A program made the translations under genes and the position numbers. DNA of 64,000 bases. It comes from a plasmid. Positions 28,088 to 37,206 of the stretch are shown piece after piece (the first letter of the stretch is position 1; every line of letters starts with the position of its first letter). The DNA lies in the sequence record NZ_CP124633.1. One strand, 5' to 3'. The notes below the pieces were generated by a model. The model was not told where the DNA came from and ran no database searches. It worked only from the letters and a program-made list of their open reading frames with translations.

Positions 28088-29797
28088 TCAGCCCAGCACG
28101 ACGGGGGTGATCAGCACCACGATGACCTCGCGCTTGGTATTGCGGGTCAGCCCGCCGCCAAGCCCGAAGAACCCAGCGTCGCCGGTGCCGACCTTGTTGG
28201 TGTCCTCGGTGGTCTGGTCGAAGCCGGAGAGTACCAAGGTCTCGCCGCTGCGCAGGCGTACCTTCTGGTCGAACAGTTGTATGTCGTAGCTCGGGAACTG
28301 GGCTTTGGAGTCCCCGCTGGTCTGCATTTCGAACGTCGGCCGGGAGGTCATGTTGATGTTGATCTTCAGCAGCATCTCGCCGCTTTCCATCACGAACGGC
28401 AGCAGGCTCATGTTGTAGCCGCTGGTCACGGCGCCCGGGATCAGCGAGGTGGTACTGCCGACCTGGGCGACGTTGGAGATCTGGCTGGAGGCCAGGTAGC
28501 TGTCGTAGCGGCCGATCTGGATCGGCGCCGACTGGAGGTTGAGCGTGGTCACGGACGGGGAGCGGACGGTCGAAACGCGGCCCTGCTGGGCCAGCGCCTG
28601 GACCATGGCTTTGGAGCCAGCCCAGGCGCTGTTGGCGGTATCCAGGATGCTCACGGAGCCGGAGATCGCACTTTGGTCGATGCCCGGCATGGTGTTCTTC
28701 AGGCCGATGCCCCACTTGTTGTTGAGCGACTTGTAGACCAGGTTCCAGTCGATCCCCAGTTGATCCTTGTCGGTGAGGGCGACCGAGAGCACGTTGACGT
28801 TCAGCAGCACCTGCTTGGTGATGCTCTCGTTCTCCCGGTTGACCAGCTGCTGGACACGGTTGAGGACCTCTGGACGGTCGGTAACGGTCAGGGTGCCCGT
28901 GGCACGCGACAGCGACATGCGTCCCATGCTCGGCGTCAGCATCGAGTTGATGCTGTTTTCTATGTCGCTGAGGATCGAGGTCTTCAGCTCAGAGCTGGTT
29001 GTCTGCTTGCTGCCGGAGTCGCCGCTGATGCCGGAGCTGCCATTCTGCCCAGTGGATCCGGAGCCATCCCCGCTGATGCCGGCGGCCGTCGTCATACCAG
29101 AACGCACGGTGGAGTCCACCGTATTGACGTCGTCGAAGGCGTAGATGCGGAAGGTCCGAGTGTCCAGGTAGTAGAACTCGACCCGTTTCTCGGTTGGGTT
29201 GTAGCGCCAGGACACGCCGGCGCGGGCGGCGATGAGATCGAGGAATCCGCTGACCTTGCCGTTCCATTTGATGTTGTACAGCGACCGCGGGCCGTAGGAC
29301 CCGAAGCTCGACCCGATGCTGCCGCCGGCACCTAGGGACATGCCGTTGGCGACGGAGGCAGGAAACAGCATGGTGGCCATGTCCTGGCCGCCTTGGATGG
29401 GCGGCGGGGCGTTGCTCGCGCGCTGCTGAGGTTGCAGGGCAAAAGCGGCCGGGTTCAGCGCGTCGGGCGTGATACTGACCGCCAGGTGGCATTGGTTGAT
29501 GACTTCCTGGGCGGCCTCCTGCAGCGACGCTGCGCCTGCAGGGCGCCACGTCACGATGCAGTCACTGGACAAGGTGTGCGAAACGCTCAGAGGCTTCGTG
29601 CTGACCCAGGGTTTGTCGGAGAACACCACCGTATCGCGGCGATCCGGTCGGGTGTTGCGCATCTGTGCTGCGATCGTCGACGCGGAATCTGCCGTGGCTT
29701 CGACACGATCCGCCGACTCGTTCACCCGTGCGACCGAGCAACTGGCCAGCGCGGGGATCAGGAGGCAAGGCAAGAGGTTCTTCAGGGGGGCACGCAT
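28088..29797 (-). CDS. pilN: lipoprotein secretin PilN
   Basis: lipobox LIPALASC, secretin C-domain, Gly/Ser-rich linker. Confidence 0.85.
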   Translation of the reverse strand: MRAPLKNLLPCLLIPALASCSVARVNESADRVEATADSASTIAAQMRNTRPDRRDTVVFSDKPWVSTKPLSVSHTLSSDCIVTWRPAGAASLQEAAQEVINQCHLAVSITPDALNPAAFALQPQQRASNAPPPIQGGQDMATMLFPASVANGMSLGAGGSIGSSFGSYGPRSLYNIKWNGKVSGFLDLIAARAGVSWRYNPTEKRVEFYYLDTRTFRIYAFDDVNTVDSTVRSGMTTAAGISGDGSGSTGQNGSSGISGDSGSKQTTSSELKTSILSDIENSINSMLTPSMGRMSLSRATGTLTVTDRPEVLNRVQQLVNRENESITKQVLLNVNVLSVALTDKDQLGIDWNLVYKSLNNKWGIGLKNTMPGIDQSAISGSVSILDTANSAWAGSKAMVQALAQQGRVSTVRSPSVTTLNLQSAPIQIGRYDSYLASSQISNVAQVGSTTSLIPGAVTSGYNMSLLPFVMESGEMLLKININMTSRPTFEMQTSGDSKAQFPSYDIQLFDQKVRLRSGETLVLSGFDQTTEDTNKVGTGDAGFFGLGGGLTRNTKREVIVVLITPVVLG

Positions 29798-30920
29798 CAG
29801 TTCTTGCGCTCCTTGACGATGATCAGGGACTGCGGCCGGCTGGCGTTCACCAGGAAGGGCCGTTCGGCAGCGTCATACAGCGGGAACAGCTCGGATACCA
29901 CGTCCTCGAAGGAGCCGTGGAAGGTCAGAGGAGCTTCGATCGGATAGTTGAGATCCTGCGGCTCCCAGCGGACGGTCCAGCGTGCGCGCTTGGCCCAGGC
30001 TTCCAAGGTGTCGCGCAGGGTTGATCCCGTTTCGGCTGACCAGGACTGTGTCAACTGCCGGCTCGGCTCTGTCGGCGTGAGCACCTTGACCGGAGGGGCG
30101 GAAGCCACGGTGGCCGGAGTGGGCGGCGTGGACTTTACGGCGGAAGCCAGGGGCTTTATCGGTGCCGAAGCCGCGGGAGGAGAAGAGGGGTGGCCATCCT
30201 TGGCCGGTGCGGCTGGGGGGAGCACAGTGGTGGATTCAGGCTTCTTGGTCGGAGCGGGGCTGGTTGTGATCGGCGCCGGCGTTGGCACCGAGGCGACCAC
30301 GACGGGCGATTCCAGCGTGCTGACTTTTTCCGTGGAGGAGGGTTGCGCTACCGCCGCTGGAGTTGGGGCAGCGGGCTTCGCATATAGTTGCTGGACCGGT
30401 TTCGGCCTCGGCGCCGGGGAAGTTGATAGCCCGGGCGCAGCACGAAGCAGACCTGCCGCGCGACCTCGTCGACCTTCACCTGCCAGGCAGGGCCGGAGAG
30501 GACCTGGAGGGTGTTGCGCAGGGTCATGGGGCCGAGCTTGTACTGAGCCGCCGGCAGCGGCCGGGTGTAGAGGATGTTCACATGACCGGCCTCTGCCGGG
30601 CACAGCGAGTAACCCGAGCGGCTCATCACGTACTGCATGGCGTCCTTGACACTCGGGTTCATGCTCGACGGGATGGTCACGTCGATAATCTGTGCCATCA
30701 GGTCGCGCTGGCCAGCGTCCGGCTGGGTGCTGACCAGGGTGTAGCGCCCGTAGCGCACGACGGGCTCCTTCTCCGGCTGTACGCCATTCGGGTACAGGTC
30801 CGGTGAGAGCAGGTCTGGATTGCGGCTGCTGTCGAAGGCGGGCCTGGCCGGCTCAGCCTTGTGGGTCGTGCAGCTGGCGAGCAGCAGGCACAGCGTGAGA
30901 GTGGTCAACTGCCTGGTCAT
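29797..30920 (-). CDS. pilL: pilus lipoprotein PilL, reading frame broken by 1-nt deletion in C/G run near 30416-30419
   Basis: N-domain ORF (lipobox LLLASC, start MTRQLTTL with AAGGGGG SD) ends GYQLP...; TcpQ-like C-domain (SWSAETGSTLRDTLEAWAKR...IIVKERKN) continues in +2 frame after Pro/Ala linker. Confidence 0.7.
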
Positions 30921-31095
30921 TGAGGCCCCCTTTGATGATGGGGCACACAATGGCAGGCCAATCGCCATGCCTCAGCAGGAAATACTCGGCAACAGGGTAG
31001 GGGATTTCTTTGGCCCACCCGCAGGATTGTGCTTCAAGGGGAGCCAACAGAATTTGGAACAAAGCGTGTGCTAAGGCTGCGTGCGATTGACTGTT

Positions 31096-31113
31096 TGTGA
31101 TTTATAAGTCACA
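31096..31113 (+). promoter_or_regulatory. operator-like palindrome TGTGAtttataagTCACA with embedded TATAAG -10
   Basis: immediately upstream of toxin-antitoxin operon. Confidence 0.4.
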
Positions 31114-31121
31114 GTTGGCCC

Positions 31122-31421
31122 ATGGTTGAAGTCAAACAAACCGCCACTTTCATGGCATGGGAAAGCAAGCTAAAGGATCGGCGGGCTAAGGCCGTGATCG
31201 CCGCCCGTATCTTCCGATTGGCGAATGGACTACCCGGCGATGTGTCACCAGTCGGCCAGGGTGTGAGCGAGTTGAGGATTCACTATGGCCCAGGCTATCG
31301 GGTGTACTTCCAGCAGCGCGGGACGGAAATCGTCATTCTGCTATGTGGTGGAGACAAGAGCAGCCAGGCCAGGGATATAGAAATGGCGAAACGCCTGGCA
31401 AATGAGTGGAGGCCGCAATGA
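31122..31421 (+). CDS. RelE/ParE-superfamily toxin (addiction module killer, HigB-like)
   Basis: 99-aa ORF, toxin first, ATGA overlap with antitoxin. Confidence 0.8.
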   Translation: MVEVKQTATFMAWESKLKDRRAKAVIAARIFRLANGLPGDVSPVGQGVSELRIHYGPGYRVYFQQRGTEIVILLCGGDKSSQARDIEMAKRLANEWRPQ

Positions 31422-31708
31422 CCGAGCAAATTTATGATTATGACCCCGCGCAAGCGCTGGACAGCCCGGAGGCCATGGCTCTGTTCATCGCAGACGCTTT
31501 GGATACTGGAGACACCGCCTATATCGCTAAGGCTATGGGAGTCGTGGCCCGCGCCAAGGGGATGACGGAGTTGGCCAAGGAAACGGGTTTGGCCAGGGAG
31601 CAGCTTTACAAATCGTTTAGTGAGCGCGGGAACCCTACATTGAAAACCATGCTGGCAGTAATGCGAGCTCTGGGAGTTGATCTGACCGCCCGCCCGCATG
31701 CTCAGTGA
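31418..31708 (+). CDS. HTH antitoxin (addiction module antidote, HigA-like)
   Basis: MTEQIYDYDPAQAL...ELAKETGLAREQLYKSF HTH. Confidence 0.75.
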   Translation: MTEQIYDYDPAQALDSPEAMALFIADALDTGDTAYIAKAMGVVARAKGMTELAKETGLAREQLYKSFSERGNPTLKTMLAVMRALGVDLTARPHAQ

Positions 31709-31790
31709 GAACTCGTCCAGTTAGAGTTCTCTCTCCCGATCCTTGGCTATCACTGGTGAATCGAGTTGCTGGGCTCACTCATGTATCGTG

Positions 31791-32123
31791 CTATCGCTCA
31801 TACCTAGGGAATAGGACTTCCCTAATCTTTGAATCCATCACTGACTCTATCTCGTCATAGGTGAAGGGGTAGCGTGCAACTTCATCCTCGACGAGTTCTA
31901 TGTATAGCGCTGGAACTGTAGGTTCCCGGTGAAGGTAATATAAGGCGATTGCTGTCGCCATTTCGCAAAGTCTATCTGGGTCGGCCAGCGTTTCCTTAAT
32001 GTTCGCTAGCAGCTCTGGAGAGGCGGCATGTGCGAGCTCGTAGAGCGCCTCGATCTTCAGCAACGCTTGCAGCACCATATTTCTTCTGTAGTCGATAGTC
32101 GGTGAGGGCTGCTCGAATCTCAT
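31791..32123 (-). CDS. hypothetical protein (110 aa), low GC
   Basis: start MRFEQPSPTIDY with AGGAGATG SD. Confidence 0.45.
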   Translation of the reverse strand: MRFEQPSPTIDYRRNMVLQALLKIEALYELAHAASPELLANIKETLADPDRLCEMATAIALYYLHREPTVPALYIELVEDEVARYPFTYDEIESVMDSKIREVLFPRYER

Positions 32124-32263
32124 TTTTGGGGCATCTCCTGCTGAACAGTCGTGTCGTTGTGATCGAGCTTGCTTCCTGCTCCTCCGTGTTGCAGCAGGAA
32201 GTGCTCGGTTGGTGCGAGTAGTTTTTTTGCTGTGTCGATCAGCGGCTGGTTCAACCCGAGTAA

Positions 32264-34240
32264 TCAGCGTTCGGCAAGGCTTGCGGCCAAAAGCGCACGG
32301 TTTCCGTCGACCTGCTCGGGCTCGATGAGGTCCTGGGCAACCTGGCGTTTCGCGTTGAGCAGTTGCCACAGCTGCTCGTCGATCGTGCCCTCGACCAGTG
32401 GGATCTTCACCACCACCATGCGGAGCTGGCCGTTGCGGTACGCGCGGTCCTCGGCTTGTTCCTGCTGACCTGGAGTCCAGGGCAGGCCGAGGAAAAACAC
32501 GTAGTTCGCCGCAGTGAGGTTGTTGCCCGTCCCGGCGGCCGCCGTGGTGCAGATGAACACCCGGCAGTCGGGATCCTGCTGGAAGCGATCGATCGCTTTC
32601 TGCCGCTTGGTGAGCGAGTCATTGCCCACCAGCGTGACGCAGCCGTGCCCGGCCTGCTCGCAGAGTTCTTTCAGCGCAGCCACGGTCGGCTTGAACTCGC
32701 AGAACAGGATCACCTTGTCCTCGGCGTCGAGCTCGCTCAACAGGTCCATCGCCACGCGAACCTTCACTGTTTCCAGGTAGCGCCGCAGCGCGCCGAGTCT
32801 CGCGAAGACCGGTCGGTCCTCGAGGCGCAACAAGTCGTATTGCTGGCGTTCCTCGGTGGAGAGAGCCACCTTCAGCAACTGCCGCTGCTTGCCCTTGAGA
32901 TTGGGCAGTACGTCCTTGCGCCTGCGCAGCATCCAGTCGCCCAGTTCCGCCCGCAGGCTCTGGCGGAACTCGGGGTTGCCGGCGAAACGGTCGCAGAACT
33001 CTTTCAGCGGCAGTTGGCCTATTGGGTGGCCCGAAAGGCGCAGCAGGGTGTGCAACTCGGTCTCGCGGTTGAGAACCGGCGTGCCGGTGAGCAGGTAGCG
33101 ATTCGGCACCTGGGCGGCGATGTCGAAACCGTGCCGCGTGCATTGCGCCGTCGGTTCCTTCATCCGTTGTGCCTCGTCGATTACCATCACGGCGAAGCGA
33201 GAAGCGTTGGCGACGAAGGGGCTCAACTGCTCGTAGTTGACCAGGATCCACTGAGCCTCTGGGTCGTCCTGCTGGATGGTCACGATGGCCGAGGGATAGA
33301 CCTCCTGGATCTCGCGCTGCCAGTTGATCAGCAGGGTAGCCAGGGTGATGACTAGGATTGGTCTGCCGGCCGCGCGGATCGATGCCGCAATGACCGCCTG
33401 GCGGGTCTTGCCCAACCCCATGTCGTCGGCCAACAGGGCACTCGTTCTCTGCAGCAAGTGAGCGATGCCGGCTGGCTGGTGAGCCAGTAGCGAGTAGCCC
33501 TGCAGTGCCGACTCGATATCAGCTGAACTGTACTCGGTGCGCTCGATCTCCGGCACCGCGGCGAGGTAGATGTCACAGGCTGACTCGTCCTCCAAGGATG
33601 GCGCTGCCGGTTCCTGCTGTGGACCGCCGATGCTCATGCTGGGCAGCTCGGTCGCCGGCGCGAAACTACCGTCGCTGAGCAGCTCCTGGACGGTATCCAG
33701 TATCTCGAATTGTTCTTCGGCGAGGCCAAGCTCCAGGATCAGGTTGCTGCGAAGCAGCTCAGGTGTGGCGTCGATGCGCCAGGAGCTCGATGGACGCAGG
33801 AACACCCCGCGCATACGCCGAGCCACCGCCACCACACCGGGATGGAACTCGCCTGACAGCAGGACGCCGCCTTCGGCCAGCGGCGCGATGCGCAGCAGCA
33901 AACCCCAGGTGAAGGCCTGTCGGTCAAGCGAGGCCTGTGCAGATTCGACCATGCCGCTGAAGTCCCGCCAGGACTGTGAGTGGAGGCCTCCAGCGAGCTC
34001 GGCGAGTCGGTTGTATAGAGAGTCAAGTTCGGGCAGCAACTTGGCCTTGGGGACCCGCCAGTAGCGGTGCAACGGATGCTCCCGGGCGCTGATGAAGAAG
34101 CCGGACAGTTCCAGCAGCGCGCGGTTGCTGCCTGCGATGTAGGGGATCTTCAAGCCGAAGTCGTAGCCGTCGAAGATAGCCCGCTGCAGAAGCGTCGAAG
34201 GAGTTGCGGAGGTACGGTTGACCAGGCGTGGACGGTTCAT
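32264..34240 (-). CDS. SNF2-family helicase (ICE backbone)
   Basis: Walker A DDMGLGKT, DEAQ box VIDEAQ; start MNRPRLVNRT overlapping upstream stop (ATGA). Confidence 0.8.
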   Translation of the reverse strand: MNRPRLVNRTSATPSTLLQRAIFDGYDFGLKIPYIAGSNRALLELSGFFISAREHPLHRYWRVPKAKLLPELDSLYNRLAELAGGLHSQSWRDFSGMVESAQASLDRQAFTWGLLLRIAPLAEGGVLLSGEFHPGVVAVARRMRGVFLRPSSSWRIDATPELLRSNLILELGLAEEQFEILDTVQELLSDGSFAPATELPSMSIGGPQQEPAAPSLEDESACDIYLAAVPEIERTEYSSADIESALQGYSLLAHQPAGIAHLLQRTSALLADDMGLGKTRQAVIAASIRAAGRPILVITLATLLINWQREIQEVYPSAIVTIQQDDPEAQWILVNYEQLSPFVANASRFAVMVIDEAQRMKEPTAQCTRHGFDIAAQVPNRYLLTGTPVLNRETELHTLLRLSGHPIGQLPLKEFCDRFAGNPEFRQSLRAELGDWMLRRRKDVLPNLKGKQRQLLKVALSTEERQQYDLLRLEDRPVFARLGALRRYLETVKVRVAMDLLSELDAEDKVILFCEFKPTVAALKELCEQAGHGCVTLVGNDSLTKRQKAIDRFQQDPDCRVFICTTAAAGTGNNLTAANYVFFLGLPWTPGQQEQAEDRAYRNGQLRMVVVKIPLVEGTIDEQLWQLLNAKRQVAQDLIEPEQVDGNRALLAASLAER

Positions 34241-36132
34241 CGGTCTTCCAACCGAGTGAGCAGCCACTTCGCCGTGGCTTCGGCGAGGCCCGCCTTCCAG
34301 CGACCATCGGCGAAGCGTGTCATGTGGGCGGTCATGTCGGGCCAGTTCAGGTTCGTCGCTATGGCTCCAGAGCGAATCCGTTCCATGAACCAGTGGTATG
34401 CCTGGCCGGCAGGGGAATCGGCCGGCACGGGGTTATTATCGAATTCGCGCAATTGCACCGTGGAAAGGTGCTGGGGATTCCAGGGCCTACCTAGAGGCTC
34501 GCCATGTTCACGCCTGAGCTCCAATTCGGCAGAGGCCAGTGGGCGGCCAGCCTCACGTACTGAGAGCAGTCGGCAGTCTCCTCGATAGGCGGCCTGGTCG
34601 TAGCTATCTATGCAATGGGCCAGCGCGATATGTTCGGCGTAGAGGGCGGCAGGGCAGCGGAGCTCGACGATCTGCAGGCCATTGGGGCAAGCGATAAGGC
34701 CGACAGGCAGCATTCCCTCCCAGGTGGTGTACTCGTCGGTGTCGACCAGATCGGGCAGGCTGCTCTGCACTGCGGCGCGCAGTTCCCTCTGGACCTGGTG
34801 GTAGTCGTCCACCAGGTTGCCAGCCTGTCGGTAGGTACAATGACCCAGGTACGCCTTCAGGGCGCTGCGCGCCTGCCGAACAACCTGTGAGCTCCCCTGG
34901 TCGAGGGCGGTATAGAACTCCTTGATGTCTCTCAGGCGTGCAGTGATTGCAAGCCATGCCGGATCCTGCCAATCCGACGGGCAGCCGTTGAAGAGACGGT
35001 TGTAGTCGGGCTTGGCGTTGTGAACTTGCCAAGGGATCGCATTGTAGGCGGCATAGAATGCTGTCCATTGAGCGCGAGTGATCGGCCGCCGGTTACCTAG
35101 CGATGCTGCCATAAGGAGAGTATGCCATCCCGAATATCGGCCTTCCCGTTTGCGATGGAAGAGAGCTCCTCCCGCACGGCCGGGACTGACGTGACTAAGA
35201 AATCGAATCGAGGCCCGTGGCGCCTGAAATAGCCAGGCGAAAAAGTTGATGACCGAAATCCCTTCGTCCGCGACCTGCCCAAGAATACGGGCCATATCGA
35301 GGTTCAAGTCGCATGGCACGGCGGCGGCCTGCGGTCGTTCACTGTCAAGCAGGGAAAAAGGGCAAGGAAGGAAATGGCAGATGCTCTCGCCGTTGTCGTT
35401 GGTCGTCGTGTGGGGCCAGACTCCCTCCTCGCAATCCACCAGTAGCGGCGTCAAGACCGGCTGAGTCTTCAGCATTTGCAGCCGGCGCATCTGGTCGCCT
35501 TGAGCCAGCCAGTTGTAGAGCTGGGGCGAGAGGCACCGAACCGAGCGGATGGCGAACAGCAGATCTTGGTCCAGGACCTGTCTGAAGGTTCGCAAGACCG
35601 CTCCGATCTGCTTCAAGTAGAACCGGCGTCTCGGTGAGTAGTATCGATTGTGGCTGACTGATGGATACTGACTCTTGGGGAATGAGCCGAGGTCCTGACG
35701 CGCTAACTGAGTGGCCAACCCCTGTGCCCTCTGGGTGTAGGAGCTGAGCACAGGAACGGCATCGTCGAACTTCTTGAGGCGCTGCAGCAGCTTCAACGCT
35801 CCGGCTGGGGACGGCGTGCTTGCAGGGATACGATGGGCAGGTTTGCACTCCCACGCACCGATCAGTTGACCGTCGAAGACCTGGAGCAGAGGCCCTGCGC
35901 GCATGATGGTGTAACGCACACCATTATCCGCAGCGACGGTGATGCACCAGCACCTGGTCGTAGAGGTGCTGCGCAGGTAGTGACGGATGAACTTGGTTCG
36001 AGCTGTCCCTGCGAGGGAGAAATGCGTTGCCCAGGTGTTGGCAACGGCGAGCTGCCGCTCGCTGTAACGGGCCAGAGATGGATCCTGTAGCGGCCCGCTA
36101 GGGGAGGCGTTGTCGAGTGGTGCCACGCGCAT
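34237..36132 (-). CDS. large conserved hypothetical protein (631 aa)
   Basis: long ORF translationally coupled to helicase. Confidence 0.55.
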   Translation of the reverse strand: MRVAPLDNASPSGPLQDPSLARYSERQLAVANTWATHFSLAGTARTKFIRHYLRSTSTTRCWCITVAADNGVRYTIMRAGPLLQVFDGQLIGAWECKPAHRIPASTPSPAGALKLLQRLKKFDDAVPVLSSYTQRAQGLATQLARQDLGSFPKSQYPSVSHNRYYSPRRRFYLKQIGAVLRTFRQVLDQDLLFAIRSVRCLSPQLYNWLAQGDQMRRLQMLKTQPVLTPLLVDCEEGVWPHTTTNDNGESICHFLPCPFSLLDSERPQAAAVPCDLNLDMARILGQVADEGISVINFFAWLFQAPRASIRFLSHVSPGRAGGALFHRKREGRYSGWHTLLMAASLGNRRPITRAQWTAFYAAYNAIPWQVHNAKPDYNRLFNGCPSDWQDPAWLAITARLRDIKEFYTALDQGSSQVVRQARSALKAYLGHCTYRQAGNLVDDYHQVQRELRAAVQSSLPDLVDTDEYTTWEGMLPVGLIACPNGLQIVELRCPAALYAEHIALAHCIDSYDQAAYRGDCRLLSVREAGRPLASAELELRREHGEPLGRPWNPQHLSTVQLREFDNNPVPADSPAGQAYHWFMERIRSGAIATNLNWPDMTAHMTRFADGRWKAGLAEATAKWLLTRLEDR

Positions 36133-36445
36133 GCTCCTGTGTAAGCGAGCAGCACTGTGGCTGGTCGGTGTGCTACGGATCGATGGGAAATGTTCAGGCC
36201 ACGCGGCCTGTATTTCTTTGGATTACGAGGCCAGGAACACCAAGTGGACGCTGAGAGTCACTGCAAAGAGAATTAAAACGGTGAAGCTGAACATCATGAC
36301 CTTCATGGCCACTGACCTCAAAAGGAGCCCCCGACAGGCCTGTGTGCGGGAACAGGGTGTCGGGGGCGGGGAACACGCCGGGGATATACAGCGTGTATGG
36401 CTGAGCGTAGCTGGCCCGAATAGCGATGCAAGTCTGACAGCGAGC

Positions 36446-37198
36446 TCAGCCTGAAATGAGACATTTCAGCCTTGCCTTCCAGCCTCGCGGTTGCTCTTCA
36501 GATGGTTTTCCCCGAATGAGGTCGATGAGTTGCTCCCTCGCCTGTGCTTCATTCAGGGATCTTTCCTCCTGGGTCTTGAGGTTCAACCAGTTCAATGTGG
36601 TCTGGTAGGTGTCCATTTTCCAGCCAGCGGTATCTTCCCGACCCAACTGCAAGCGCTCCGGATGAACTTGCACAGGCAGCCCTTGTAGCAGGACCTGTTG
36701 CCGGAGTTGCCCGTACAGGCGGTAGAAGGCGTCGTTGACCTGGTAGTGGTTGAGCGTCACGTCGTGGAGCTGGCTCTTCTGCTGCTCGGCCAGGAAGAAT
36801 CGAGCAATACAGGTGCGGTGGTTGCCGTCGGAGCCGACGTAGAAATTCAAGCCATCGAGTGTGTTGTAGTGGATCGCGGGCCTGCGCTCCGTTGGCTGCA
36901 GGTAGTAGCTCGGGTTGTCCAACAAGGCCTGCAGGTTTCGCTGCATTCGCTTGCCGCCAGTGAGGAAGTCGAGCCAGGACCTTCCCCGGTAGTCTTTGCG
37001 GTCGGTACCCACGACGCGGAACACATTGATCGATCCCGTCTCGGTCCAGTAGTGGCTTTGAAGGAAGGCGTGCTTTTCCTGGGGGTAGGCTTCCTCCCAC
37101 GACAGCAGGACCTCTGATGCCCATGCTGGCGGTTGCTCGACTTGCCTGCGCACGAAGTCGAAATTGAGGTTCCTGTCGGTACTGGTCTGCATGTTCAT
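36446..37198 (-). CDS. hypothetical protein with ParB/sulfiredoxin-like DGNHRTCIARF motif
   Basis: 250-aa ORF. Confidence 0.5.
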   Translation of the reverse strand: MNMQTSTDRNLNFDFVRRQVEQPPAWASEVLLSWEEAYPQEKHAFLQSHYWTETGSINVFRVVGTDRKDYRGRSWLDFLTGGKRMQRNLQALLDNPSYYLQPTERRPAIHYNTLDGLNFYVGSDGNHRTCIARFFLAEQQKSQLHDVTLNHYQVNDAFYRLYGQLRQQVLLQGLPVQVHPERLQLGREDTAGWKMDTYQTTLNWLNLKTQEERSLNEAQAREQLIDLIRGKPSEEQPRGWKARLKCLISG

Positions 37199-37206
37199 GT
37201 ATTTAT

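Noticed and set aside
36223-36306. 27-aa hydrophobic peptide ORF (MKVMMFSFTVLILFAVTLSVHLVFLAS) in a low-GC spot between two large genes
   Set aside because: No SD and very short. Possibly a leader peptide, but unsupported.
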